Source: Chrysomallon squamiferum
Taxonomy: Eukaryota > Animalia > Mollusca
DNA length: 64,000 bases
Direction of reading: 5' to 3'
NCBI GenBank assembly: GCA_012295275.1
Contig: CM022666.1
Coordinates: 1,054,001 to 1,118,000 of the forward strand
In this document: piece by piece, positions 12,341 to 26,364 of the stretch
How positions within the stretch are numbered: the stretch's first letter is position 1
Layout: each line of letters begins with the position of its first letter
Position numbers and translations under genes: made by a program
Notes under the pieces: generated by a model
Told to the model about the DNA's origin: nothing
The model's input: the letters and a program-made list of their open reading frames with translations, nothing else
Database searches by the model: none

Positions 12341-14355
12341 CTAACTTTGTTGGAATGTGCTGTTCTCTGTTATTCCCAGGGTTTTTAAACAAGTAATTTT
12401 TTTTATAATAATAAAACAAACACACACACATGTGCATGTATCTTGTTTCTTTTTCTCCATTATCAATACTGTGACATACCAGCAAACAACTTTTTTTTTT
12501 AAAAACAGAGCAGCCCAGATTTCCTAACCCAATATGTTGTTTTGCTGTACCTGTCTACCAGTTAGCAAAGATAAATAAATAATAAAAAAAAAACATAATA
12601 CGATGTTCAGCAAATACTTCTGGCTTGTTCTTCCAGTCTGTTGTGCTTCTGAAGAAGGTATATTTTTGTTATTCCATCCGCCAGTTGCACACTTCTGTAA
12701 GTTTGTGTGAAAATAAAAAACAATTTTTGTCTAAAAGTGTGAATGAAAGTGTTAGCTTTATTTTACATGCTTTGCGTGTACGTTAATAGACAATCCAGTC
12801 TTTCCGCCATATGTTAACACAGATTTCTCTTCGAACTCTTCGGTTCAGTGAGGTACATTATTAATGATGAAGGCCCCATGCTGAGATAACTCTAAAAGAT
12901 TTTTCAGAACAATAATAATAATAAAAAAAAAGAAGGTTTTAAGAAAAAAAGAAAAAATAGTCTACGGAAGTAGGTGTAGGATGATTTTTGTAGCAACAGG
13001 AGCTGGTTCTGTGTTTCGAATACAAATATGGATTTCGGATGAAGTTTTTTGAATGCAGTTTTTATCTTCATGTGATGTTTTCATCCTCTGTTTGCGCCGA
13101 ATGCTGCTGTGAATGGCAAGTTGAGTGTGTAGTTGAAGAATGCAGAAAACAGCACCTACTGCGATGCTGTCAGAAAAGTACAGGCTGGAAAAAGGCACAC
13201 ACAAGCTCCGAGAATTCACGTGCTGTGTTAAATGAGTAACTTTCTTTTTTTCTATTTTTTTTTTTTCTTGTTTTGTTTTCTTTATTTTTTCACAAGTCGT
13301 CACAGCAGACAGTTTCTTCTTAATGTCTTTTTCATTATTCTTTCAGAAAAACATGTTTAATCTACCGTTATTGAAAACTCTTTTAAAATGTTTTAACCTT
13401 ATTGATGTACAAGGAGGTTCATAAATTGATAGTTTAACTATGGAGTTGTTAAAGTCCTTTTCAGGAAAGCATCTTAACTTTTTTCAAATGAAAACAGGTA
13501 TAATAGGTAATTAATATAATGAGGTAATTATCTTTATAATACAAGGATGGAAATATCCAGTTTATTCAGATAATATAGTGAGGTTTTGGTTATTTTTATG
13601 TTTTTTTAAAAATTCATTTTTGATTACAGTTTATTGTAATTTGCAGTGTTATATGGATACTGTATATTTAAAGTTTGTTCAATTTTACAAAAATTAATAA
13701 CGATTATTTACTGCAAAATTGAAAAATCTTTCTTGATTTCATAACTGCATCTTTATAAAGTATTGTTGGTTCAAAAAAAATTTAATAAGAAAACTAACAG
13801 CATTCAGGAATTTTCAAAATCTATTTCAAAATTAAAAATTAACATTTTATTTTACAAAACATCCATTTTTATATATAAACTTATGACATTTAGGAATCTT
13901 TCATAACTATTTTAAAATTAAAAGATTCACATTTTATTTTATAAAAACGTCCATTTTTATATGGATTATTTAATTGCACTGTTTAACATGCAGAAAAGAA
14001 AAAGCAGCTGATAATGAAAATATGAGAATATTTTGTTAATCTCAATAAGGAATTCATCTATCATGTATTACTGAGGTAATTTATACTGAAACTGGAAATA
14101 ATGAAACACGTAAATAATATACAAACATCATGGAAACTGTTAGAACAGTGTGGAATTTTTGGGCTAAGGTTTTTAGTCTCTTACTTTATTTCACCAGTAT
14201 GTAATATACTTGTTTGTATGACTTTGGAAAATTAGAATTAATCAACAACATGTATTAATGTTGGAAAATTATAGACAGTTTGGATTAAGGAATCATAAGC
14301 AGAGAAAGATTAAAAAAAAAAAAAAAAAATTATAAATGGTATACAGAGGTATTTG

Positions 14356-14553
14356 GAAAATGGAAAATAAACAGTATGCAGTGACATTATGAAAATGAAA
14401 AATAAACAGTATACAGTGACATTATGAATATGGAAAGTAAACAGTATACAGTGACATTATGAATATGGAAAGTAAACAGTATACAGTGACATTATGAATA
14501 TGGAAAGTAAACAGTATACAGTGACATTATGAAAATGGAAAATAAACAGTATA
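14356..14553. repeat. 35-bp minisatellite, about 5.6 copies
   Basis: Unit gaatatggaaagtaaacagtatacagtgacattat at 14356, 14391, 14426, 14461, 14496, 14531. Confidence 0.95.
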
Positions 14554-14814
14554 TATTAACACTAATTTACTGTATTTACTAATTACTGGAATGCTGTATA
14601 CCAATGTGAAAAAAGTTAAAAGTGTGTGCTGTAAAATAAAAAAAAATGAACAAAGAAAGAAGACAGTGACTTACATTTTGAGTTTACAGAATGAAAATAA
14701 GGAATTTCTCTGATCTGCTTCATGTTGTTTCGGTTAATTCTGTTGCACTGAACAGTTGACATTGCAGTGTGTATGATTAAATGTGTGTGTGAATTAAGAT
14801 AATCCAGAGTTAAG

Positions 14815-14889
14815 ATGGATACAGCAATGTACAACATCCACTACCACAGCATCTACACTTTACTTTGGTTTATGGGACCAGGATTTAAG
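14815..14889 (+). CDS. Candidate alternative first coding exon MDTAMYNIHYHSIYTLLWFMGPGFK, phase-0 donor
   Basis: Kozak context aagATGG. Nine consecutive C-ending codons (TAC AAC ATC CAC TAC CAC AGC ATC TAC) in AT-rich DNA. Donor AAG|GTACGT. Confidence 0.45.
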
Positions 14890-14940
14890 GTACGTTGTTA
14901 TTTTTGTTTTGTGTTATGACAATCGTGCAACGTTTTTGAA

Positions 14941-14941
<1 letters not shown>

Positions 14942-14980
<39 letters not shown>

Positions 14981-15036
14981 ACATTTGATAACTTTCATTA
15001 CTCAGATAAGAAAAAAAATTGGTTTCTTTTTCTAAA

Positions 15037-15078
<42 letters not shown>

Positions 15079-15103
15079 CATCATCATCATCATCATCATC
15101 ATC
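14942..15103. repeat. (TG)n and (ATA)n(ATC)n microsatellites
   Basis: Directly visible. Confidence 0.9.
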
Positions 15104-15667
15104 AATAGCAAAAAAAAAAAGTAAAAAAAAAAAATAAAAAAAAATTTATATATAAATAAATAAATAAATAAATTACATTTATCCCAGAATTACCCAAATC
15201 TATAAATATATACACTTTAATTTAATAATTTTCAGGATATCAATTTTTACCCACAGCTTTTTCGCACAGCTATATATGTACTGATGTAATTAAAAACACT
15301 CTTCTCCTAAATATAAATATATATTTTTTTTTTACTAATTATTGATAAACTGCCAAAGAATCCATGGAATCCTTTCCTTCATCTTGTCCACTGGAGTTCT
15401 CTCCCTTGCAGCACTCTTTTGATGTTGATTACAAAAGTGTACAGCCGAGCTGGTTATTGATTAATTCCAGCAGCATCAACAAACAACGTCATTACAGCAG
15501 CACCGTGGAAGATGGGAACGTTGAGAATTTATTGCCCATTAATATATACGTTGCCTGCTGGGATTTCGCTATAAAACTGCTCACAGCCCCAGTCTGTCTT
15601 CTTGCCTTGCCTTTTAGCTTCCTTGACAAAATTGTTACTTACAGTTCAAAATTAAAATATTTTTTGT

Positions 15668-15768
15668 TTAGCTAGGGTGTTTTGTAATTTACATTTTAAT
15701 AGATCTTGACTTGGAATTTAGGTGTGGAATTTTATATATATATGTGTGTGTGTGTGTATATATATATT

Positions 15769-15799
<31 letters not shown>

Positions 15800-15875
15800 A
15801 ATTTTAGCTAGGGTGTTTTATAATTTACATTTTAATAGATCTTGACACATTTAGGTGCAGAATTATATATGTATA
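15668..15875. repeat. Direct duplication with about 136 bp spacing around a TA/TG microsatellite
   Basis: ttagctagggtgtttt(g/a)taatttacattttaatagatcttgac occurs at 15668 and 15804. Confidence 0.85.
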
Positions 15876-16130
15876 TTTAATTTAAATTTTTTATTTATTA
15901 TTATTTTATGGTTTTGTTGTATATTTGTACTATTTTTTTAATAGAATTTACGGATTTTGCTTATGATTATTTTTTTTTTTTATTTATTTAAATATAATGT
16001 CTAAAAAAGAAATGAAAAATTGAATTTGAAATAAAAATGTTTAAAAAATAAAATAATAATATTTAGATAAAAATAAATAAATAAAAGAACAAGAAGAATT
16101 GAAATAATTGTAAAATAAAAATTATTACAT

Positions 16131-16174
<44 letters not shown>

Positions 16175-16819
16175 TTTCAATTTCTTTTTAAAACTTGAAA
16201 TCATGTGAAATACAGAAGCAAGAACAACAAACCATTTATGTCATGGCTGACAAATTATGTTGAGTTATGATGTTTTGACAGTAATTTAGATAATTTTGAC
16301 TTGAAAGTAAACACAACATAAGAAACCTGAGCTTACTAATAACTGAAACCAGTATAATTTAATTTGAACACAAAAAAATAAATATTTTAAAAGAAAGAAA
16401 AAATATATTATTGCAGCAATAATGAAATTAATGATTTTTTGTTATAAAAAAAATTACGCAATAAATGTCTGGTTTTTTAAATACTAAATTACATCAAATT
16501 ATTGTTATTATTCATTTTTTTTTACATTTTTTTTTTTTTTTTTTTTAATTTTTATTATTATAAAAACTCAAATTAGGAATAACTATTAAACATTATTTAA
16601 AAGTTTTCTCTGTTTTTTTAATTATCATAAACCATTTTTGTTTTAAGTCATGAATTGATTTTGTAAGCAAACAGATGATTAATTGTATTTACATTGTAAA
16701 TAGTCATAAATTATTTTCATGTAGAAGGAAGTTGTTTAAACAGAGAAAATTTATATACATAGAAAATATAACTCCTTAAAATAAAAATAAACCAAGCTTT
16801 TTATTATAAAAAAACAAGA

Positions 16820-16858
<39 letters not shown>

Positions 16859-17512
16859 GATGCACATGTATATTTATTTGTATGTATACATGCTAATGTG
16901 TCTGTGTGTATGTGTGTGTGAATATACATACAGATTATGTAGGTAAAACTGCATTTTTCTAGAATATGAAAGAAGTATCTTTTCTTAGTATTTTCTTCTT
17001 TTTTTCCATTGTAGCTTTCATCATCTTACAAAATATCAATTAATTTATATATTACAATTAAAAAAATTAACAATCATTTATTAAAAATCTATTATTCATT
17101 AAAAAAAAAATAATAATAACAATAACATGAAATTAATCAAAAATATATTAAAAAAATCGCTGCAACAACAAGCCAAACACAAACAACAGAAATATTTTGT
17201 ATAAAATCCAAGACATCATCTGCCTGTTATCACACTGATATCATACTTGCGCTTTCTGTATCGATTTACCTAAATACCAAGGGTTACAAAATTACATTAT
17301 CTGCCCAAAATTTTCATTACATTTTTTTTTTTTCTCTCTCTCTCTCTCTCTCTCTGTTCATTTACATTGAAATTAATTGCACTGCACATTTTCATAGCCC
17401 TGAAATAAGTCCACTCTGAGCTACCTGCTGTGTACAGATTGTAGACAAAACATTTCTCTTTCAAACCTTTTCTTCTTTACTCTCATTTTATTGCTAGTAA
17501 ATAACTTTCTAA

Positions 17513-17895
17513 ATGTATGAATGCATGTATGTATGTAAGCAAATATGTATTTATGTATGTATGTATGTATTCAAGCATGCATGCATGTATGTAAGTAAAT
17601 AAATAAGTACATGTGCATGCTTGTATACATACATACATACATACATACATATTTACTTACATACATACATACATTCATACATACATACATACATACATAC
17701 ATACACACATACATACATACATACATCATACATACATACATATATACATACATACATATTTACTTACATACATACATATATACAAACATACATACATACA
17801 TTCATACATACATTCATATAAATATCCATGCCTGCATACATACATACATACATACATACATACATGCATGCATATTTATTTACTTACATACATGT
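17513..17895. repeat. (TATG)n/(CATA)n tetranucleotide region containing a 69-bp inverted repeat
   Basis: Arm 17513-17581 is the reverse complement of 17614-17682 at 65/69 positions. CATA repeats continue to about 17895. Confidence 0.9.
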
Positions 17896-18551
17896 ATAAA
17901 TAGATGTGTGTAGTTCAAGACAGGTTGTTTTAATCAATATTTCATATTATTTCTTCTTCTTTTTTTTAAAAATTATTATTTATTTATGTTAGAAAGTCTA
18001 TCAAGAATATATATTACAGACGTACTGATGAACCTTATTCAGTTTTCATACTTTCATATTTCCACTGTCTTTTGTTATAGATCACTATATTATTATCATT
18101 ATTATTTATCTTATTTTTTATCAAATGACATCATAATAAAAGAGAAATTGCCAGAATGCAGGCATTCTTTGTAGCTTATTATTGTTCAGACTTAATTGTT
18201 AGGAAAGATTAATCACCAAGAACAAATAAATAATACACAGGACATAAATAAACTGTATTCAAGTTATTTAATACACAGCTGTCATCTCTTGCCTTTCGTG
18301 TCTTAGAGAAAATTAGTTCTCCTGTTGTTACATGTAAAGATTAAATATATTCTAGATTATATATGGATGTATGGATATATGCTTGCTAGAATGCATTCAA
18401 GAAAACACAATGCATACAAACACACATGTGAAAAAAATGAATCAGTGTTTTACTGATTTCAGCATTTTTGGTGCCAAAACCACCGTTTATCTGTAACGAT
18501 GATAATATTTCAAAACCTTCTTAAAAACAAATTTTAGCTTCTTTTTTTTTC

Positions 18552-18583
<32 letters not shown>

Positions 18584-18739
18584 TTTATTTTTTACATTAA
18601 GGATTCCAAATATTTGCTCTCCCTAGGATTCTTTCTCTTTTTTTTGTTAAAATTTTATGCATTCTCTTTGGAATGTGAACAACCAGCTAAAGAGGTCACA
18701 GTGACACAGCAGTTCCAAGCAGTGAGAAAAGTCTGTGAA

Positions 18740-18799
18740 ATGTTAACAGAAGCTTTCATGGAAAAGTCTGCTGGAGCAGGGAAAAATTTGCAGATTAAG
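18740..18799 (+). CDS. Candidate alternative first coding exon MLTEAFMEKSAGAGKNLQIK, phase-0 donor
   Basis: gaaATG start, with a second in-frame ttcATGG at 18758. The frame is open to donor AAG|GTCAGA and the segment is locally GC-enriched. Confidence 0.3.
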
Positions 18800-19139
18800 G
18801 TCAGAAGTTAAATTAACTCTTCTCTTTCCTTTATACTTTGTTAGATCACTTGGGTTCCTTCATTTAAAGCCTTTCAGAATTGGCAACACAGATTTTTCAA
18901 TACATTTAGAAGCTGTCAGTACTGAACTGACGTTGTTGCTGCTGCTGCTGCTGCAGGGGTTTAGTTGCAGTCACAGGTCTGTGGGTGGTGGGTGTTTGAA
19001 AACACCAGTTAAAACGTGGAAGAGTTTAACCAGGATTTTCAGTTGGTCTTTATTAAATTCCCGAGTGTCATCTTCACTCTGCTGCATCTTGTAATGAAAC
19101 TGTCCTTTTTATTTAGGTACTAATAGCTCTCTGTCTGTC

Positions 19140-19198
<59 letters not shown>

Positions 19199-19321
19199 CA
19201 TCCAAGCTGCAGCAGATTTTGGAATCGCATAATGACAGGTTTATTTGTAAAATCTTCAGCTTCACGGTTTGATTGGTTGGTTCAGATGAAACTGTTGTTT
19301 ATTAAATACTGGAGTGTTTTT

Positions 19322-19427
<106 letters not shown>

Positions 19428-20987
19428 GATGATGATGATGGAAGAAGGGGGAGAGAGAGATGATGATGATTATTATATATATACATTCTTGCATGATAAG
19501 AATAATGTAATTACAAAAAATGAGACAAAATTAATACACATAATAACAGACAAACTAATTATTATCATCATCATCATCATCATCAATTATTATTTTTATC
19601 ATTATTATAACACTAACAATAACGATGTTTAGTTTTGATTTAGACATGACATTAAATGTGTTTGAAAGACACTGTTTATTTACAGCCCAAGTTACTTCCA
19701 ACTTTTGATATCTTAGGAGAAAAGAGAGAGAAAAAGAAGAGTAAGATGAAATGTGACATGAAAGTGAGAAAAGATAAACACTTCTGAAGTTTGGAGATTA
19801 GAGAATTTGGTAAATGTAAAGACAGCGAAGACAGGAATAACAGATGAAAAATACTGCTGTCTTGTAATCATTCTTATAGACATTTTAAACGATTTTAACG
19901 GTAACTTCATTTTGTGGTTTCTGTGGTAACTGACGGTTATTGAGTTGGTGGGTTAGTTGCAGTATACTAAGTTAGTAGGATATGAGAGTAATTCATATAC
20001 AAAAGACTAGGAAGCTTGTTTGTTATTCAAAGAAGGATATTGTTAGTAAGTTAGTTTTCTGAAGGATTTTGAACTGGTACATTAATTACAACAAGATACT
20101 GAATTAACAATTAGTTTATATAACATTTAAAAAAAAATTAAGTATATTAACAAAAAGTAATTATATTATTAACAAAAATTAATTTTTTTTGTTTTTTTTT
20201 TTACCAAAGTTATATATTTTTTGGTAACTGACTTACTATTTCTGCTTGAGTTGGAAAGGATTCAGTGATTTGCTGCCTGCTTACAGCAGACTTCAGTGAG
20301 ATGTTTGATCACTGCTGTGCTGGTTAGGGATGGAGAGAGTGTGTGGATACACAGATCTGTGAGTGAGGCAAGCTCCTGTTTTAGCTAAGGCAGTTTCAGA
20401 GTAAATGAGCATGGAGAGACAACCGCTTACTTAGACACAGTAGACTGAAATATCGATTCCCCGAACAGTAATTTCCCATTCCAATCATGTCTGTACAAAT
20501 ACTGTAACAAATTGATGTTGTTACGGTGTGGTGCTGTGTGTGTGTGTGTGTGTGTGTCTGTCTGTAAAGGCACTTTTGTGCTGCGTGCAGCTTGCGAGAT
20601 AATTTGTTTATTTTGTGGTGAAAAGATGGGCTGGTGAATACATAACAAATTAAACCTGTGCAGTTATAAACCTGCCTCAGCTTTTGTGCTAATGAATTTT
20701 TGAAAGCCCGAGTCCATTATGCCGGTCTGGTGTTTGGAAGTCGGTGTGTTATACAACACAGTCTTTCCATTAGTGTTGTTGCATGACTCCTAATGGCAGT
20801 CCACAGAGTTGACATAAAAAGGAATTAAGGTTTAGTTGATTTTCATGTCATATGGCTTAATTATTCCAGTCGCAGTTTGTACACACAAACTAAAGAGAGT
20901 GGAAAAATGTCATCCCTGCAGTTCTTCTGTCGAGAAGAGTTGAATTCTGTTAATTCTGAACAGGCAATTCTAAGAATGTAGCCAGTC

Positions 20988-21181
20988 ATAACTTTTTTTA
21001 ATTTGTTTGTGTATAACATATATTCAAAATTAGCAAATTAAATAGTTTTGTTTGGCTTATAACTTTATTAATTTGTTTGTGTACAACATATATTCAAAAT
21101 TAGCAAATAAAAAGTTCTGTTTGGCTTATAACTTTATTAATTTGTTTGTACACAACATGCATTCAAAATTAGCAAATAAAA
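20988..21181. repeat. About 70-bp tandem repeat, about 2.7 copies
   Basis: atttgtttgt..aacatatattcaaaattagcaaat recurs at 21001, 21071 and 21140. Confidence 0.9.
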
Positions 21182-22986
21182 TGTCTGAGTGTGGTTTAAA
21201 GATTTACAACTGTTTTCATTTGTTTAATAATAACAAACATCTCAAAAGAATTGTAGGTTTTTTAATTGTTGGCCACCACTGTAAAGTGATTCTGTATAAA
21301 TTCAAATGTAAATAGATGAATACTTATTTTAATGATACATCATTATATTGTTTGGTTGTTTTTTGTTGGATTTATATATTTTTTTTAAATGAAAAAGTTT
21401 TAAAGTTATTTATTTTGATTAAATAACATTAATACAGCACTTTAATTCATTTTTCATTATTTAATACTGGTTGATAAACATTTGATAATAATAAAAAACA
21501 CAGAGTGATGCAAAAAAACAAAAAACAGAATCATTTTTATTTTTGTGTTGTTTCAGCACAGTACATACCATGGTCTTTGCTATATCAGTCATGAAACATT
21601 TCTGTCCAAGTATTTAGAAAAGAAACCCATTAATGGTTTTTGATAAATCTTCTTTCTTATTAGTAGCAAAGAACCTTAGACTGGAACAAACGTCTGTATC
21701 ATTTTTTCAATAGATGGTGTTTGTGTGCGTGATTTCATTATACTTGATATATGATACAGATATATATTCTGAAAGGTGAACAGAATGGCAGATATCTGGT
21801 TGAATAAATCTGTGTACAAATAAATATCTAGATATTGTCTTTGAATTTCACTCAGAAAATAGTCTATGAACTTTTGTTCCAAGCCAGTTTCAACAGAAAA
21901 GCTGAAGCCAGTATGTAGTTTGTATTGTACTGGTTGTCATGGAGATAATACAAAGTTAAATTTTCCTTAAACCTTGTTACCTTCTGTTAAACCATAACGA
22001 GAATTCAGATTTCTTATTTTTTTTTTTTTTTTTTTTAAAATTTCATTTTGGTTTAACACAATTTTTATATTCTGTATGTCAGACATGCTATTATTTTATT
22101 CAGTGGTTAAAAGTCGAAGAAAAATTTCATTGAAGTTAAGTGAATTTTCAATCTCTTTCAAAATATCCTCTTTCTTCTTTTCAATAATTGATGCCTCAGA
22201 AAATGTCTGACTTTTAAAAATTTAATTTATCTTCACCAGCACGGTTTGCATTTTGCTCCAACAGGCTTCAACTGATTTTTTCAAAAAAAAAAAAAAAAAA
22301 AAAAAGATTTAATTTTGTCAGCCAAATTGAAGCTCATAGCAAGCATTGAGATACGGTGAAGAAGAAGAAAAAAGCATCTTCCTTGATTTTCAGACAGACA
22401 TGTTTTTTTTTTATTTGGTTACCACTCAGCGCTGTCTGCTGCCCCTCGATAGGAAGCCTCTTCAGTCTGGCAGCAGACTTGACCATTCCTTCAAGAATAC
22501 ATGTATCAGGATGGTGCAGGCCGTTTTCATCCTCGAAATCTAATTATGCTAATTGTCAGTAAAGATTCGTGATCAGTTTTACAGATACCTGATTTTTTAT
22601 GGACAGTTTTACAGATACTTGATTTTTATATATATATTTTATTTTATTTTTAATTTTTTTTAATTATTATTTTTGTTACATTATTTTTTGAATTAGTTTA
22701 ATTGAAGAAATATGTATTTTAAGTTGTTTTCACTGAAAGCAACATTTTGAAATTTTTACACAATTTCTCTCTCTCTGTCTCTCTATCTATCTATATATAT
22801 ATATATTTGTCTATCTCTAACAATGCACACTTAAATGCAAAAATTCTGTTCTCCAAACTGTTTTATTGTAGAGTTTGAATGAATATTTATCTCTAGATTT
22901 CTTAGAGTATGCAGTGTAGTCATTATAAAATTCACATACTGGTACAGAGGATTGTTCTGTTTTATATAAAACTCTTGTCAGTGTCA

Positions 22987-23315
22987 AATTTTACTTTCTG
23001 GTACTGAGTTGAAAATATAGTATACCATGTGGATGGAGAATTTTACTTTCTGGTATTACCTTCAGCATGTAATATACTGTATCAATACAGAATTTTACTT
23101 TCTGGTATTACCTTCAGCATGTAATATACTGTATCAATACAGAATTTTATTTTCTGGTACTGAGTTGAGAATGCAATATACTGTATCAATACAGAATTTT
23201 ACTTTCTTGTATCGTCTTCAGCGTGTAATGTACTGTATCAATACAAAATTTTATTATCTGGCATTGCCTTCAGCCTATGAAAAACTGTACCAGTAGAGAA
23301 TTACTATTCTTGGAT
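22987..23315. repeat. 52-bp minisatellite, about 6 copies, in ABB-ABB order
   Basis: Unit gaattttactttctggtattaccttcagcatgtaatatactgtatcaataca. The A variant carries 'tactgagttga'. Confidence 0.9.
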
Positions 23316-23890
23316 TTCTTAGAGTACGTAACACACAGGCAGTATAAAACTCTTATCACTAGTGTATGTAATATCGTTAATACAAATTGACATTCAGTGA
23401 TAAAATCACATTGCTCTCAGTACAGACTCTTATCTGCTGGACAGCCAATTATTAAAAGTCTAGTCTCCACCACAGATCAGCCCAGATTGTTGAGTGATGC
23501 AGGGACGGTAAAAAATACCCACGCTGCAACAACGATGCCAACGATGCCATCAAATAATTGCCTCAATCGAACATGACAAGATAGGAAACCTGGGGATTAA
23601 GGGTAATCCTTTGCTACAGAACATCTTTTTTTATTGCAGCGCACGGGAACATGCAGATTAATAAGTCTTGAAGTATCACTGGCCGGAGATGCTTGTCTGA
23701 GTCTTAATGTGGAGGAAGAAATTCATGAGGATAAAAATATATAGAAAACAAAACACAAAAAATGTTCTGAGATGAAAAACAAAATGCTAGAGATTGATGA
23801 AAAGAAAAAAAAATTATTGGCTTTCTGACTTTCCTTCTCCAAAAGTTTCCAGCTTGGTTCCTATTTCTCCTTTACTTTTTTTTCTAACTC

Positions 23891-23926
<36 letters not shown>

Positions 23927-24809
23927 CTCGAATTATTTTTTCTAAATCATCTCTGTCTAAAGTTTTTTTTCTACCTTTCTATTTTTATCATTCTGTTATT
24001 TTTATTTTTTTAATTTTTTTATTGTTATTATAGTTGTTGTTGTTACTATTATTATTGTTGTTGTTGTTTTTACTATTTTTTATTATTGTTGTTATTAATG
24101 TTATTGTTTTTGTTATTATTATTATTATTATTATTCTTTTTCTCTGTTTATTTCCATTTTCTTCAACATCCATCTCTACAGTATCAAATAATTTCTCCCT
24201 CCTTCTCTCTGCCTGTCTCTCTCTCTGAGTCTTCTCTGTCCCTGTCTGTCTCTCCTTTCTCTCTTTCCTTAACTCCATTCATAGCTGTGGGTGTTTTTTT
24301 TTCTTTTTTTCATCACCCATCAATTTATTCATTATTCACCTTATCTTTCATTTATTTCTTTCCTCTCCAACCTTTATTTTTATTTTTTCAAACGACTCTT
24401 TATCTTTTCATTTCTTGCTACATTCTTATCTGTCTAACAGGCCGTAATCCTTTTTTCCTTTTGGAGATAACAGGCTTTGTTTTACTGATGGTGTTTGTGA
24501 CTCTGATTGGAAAAGATGCTAATGGATTGTTTGATCTTCTCTCATCACTGCACATTTTGTTCTTTCTGTCAGTGAGGGGACGGACTGACTGACTGACTGC
24601 CCACACTCTGATAAAGAAAATTTCTTTCTGATGAAACTTTTTTTTTTTTTTTTTCTGTAAACACAGTGAAAAGTGTCACTGATTTTGAGTGTGTGTGTGT
24701 GTGTGTTTTTTTCTGTCTGTCTGTGTGTCTGTGTATGTGTGTCCGTGTGTTTCTGTCTGTGTGTGTGTGTCTGCAGCCAAATGGTTAAAAGTGTGTGCCA
24801 ATCAGTCGG

Positions 24810-25005
<196 letters not shown>

Positions 25006-25789
25006 ATGAGTTTTTTTACTACTACTAATGTCTGTAATAAACATATTCATGAAAGCTCACCTTATCCCAACCATTGTATTAATACACATAATGGTTATTG
25101 ATACATCATTAACAACAATCAATAATAATAATAAAAAAAAACACATAATTACACACACAGGAATGAGAGAGAAAGAGAGAGAGAGTAATCTTCAATGCTG
25201 TCATGTCCAGAAAGGCTTACCTGAACCCAGGTATTACATGAAAACACATCACAGCTATCGACACACGCCGTTAATGTCAGTATATTAAAAACAGTATCGC
25301 AGTCACTCAGTGAAATACGACCCGACCATCAATTCATTGCTTCCGAATTGCCCATAATAGAGGCTTGAGGATTTTATTTAAATTACAATATCTATATGAA
25401 AATGGGACTGTGAACAATCCCAGGGCATTACGTTAATGCCAGGATGCAGTGGCCATTACTTACTTTGCATTGGTGGCACTGATCAATTCTTTAAAGCCTG
25501 CCATCCTCGTTGGAACAAAAATAACTTTATTTTTTTTTTTTGTGTGTCGGTGTGTTAACATAGTTCTTTCATTGCTTGGGCTGTCTGTAAAATGTGATGT
25601 GACAGTCAAGGTTTATTTGTTGGGGAAATGTGATGACTACAGCAGTCTGCCCCCTGCTTCATTCGGTGTTGCCAAAATATCTGCTGGATCTCTTTTGTCT
25701 CACTGCGGTTTCTTTCAAGTTAACAGTTTTTTTGTGTGTGTGTTGGACACTGTGATTTAACCTGAGTGCACTTTGCAGGTTTTAATATC

Positions 25790-26280
25790 AACATGTGCAC
25801 ATTAGCTGTGTTATAATATAATATTAATATGTGCACAAATTAACAGTTATAATTATGTGGTGGTGATATTTGTGCACAAATTAACAGTTATAATAATGTG
25901 GTGATGTTTTAATGTGCACAAATTAACAGTTATAATAATGTGGTGGTATATTAATGTGCACAAATTAACAGTTATAATAATGTGGTGATATTAATGTGCA
26001 CAGATTAACAGTTATAATAATGTGGTGATATTAATGTGCACAGATTAACAGTTATAATAATGTGGTGATATTAATGTGCACAGATCAACAGTTACAATAA
26101 TGTGGTGATATTAATGTGCACAAATTAACAGTTAAAACAATATGGTGATATATTAATGTGCACAAATTAAGTTATAATAATGTGGTGACATTAACATGTA
26201 CACATTGGATGTGTTATATTAATATAAATGTGCACAAATTAACAGTTAAAATAATGTGTCGACATTAATATATGTACAAA
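25790..26280. repeat. 40-bp minisatellite, about 12 copies
   Basis: Unit tattaatgtgcaca(a/g)attaacagttataataatgtggtga, containing the GTGCAC palindrome. Confidence 0.92.
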
Positions 26281-26364
26281 CCAGCTGGATGTTTATATCT
26301 GTGACTGCATCAGCTGGGCCTGACTAGATCAGTTAGCTGACAGTTACTGTGTTGCTACCTGTTG

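Noticed and set aside
15364-15675. 103-aa ORF MESFPSSCPLEF...
   Set aside because: No recognisable domain, no convincing donor and no clear third-position bias. Treated as a non-coding island, although coding cannot be excluded.
17571-17913. Overlapping YIHT/MYVC-repeat ORFs
   Set aside because: They are translations of (CATA)n/(TATG)n repeats that happen to lack stops.
26321-26340. TGACTAGATC resembling the 5' end of miR-279
   Set aside because: Only the first 10 nt match and there is no precursor hairpin.
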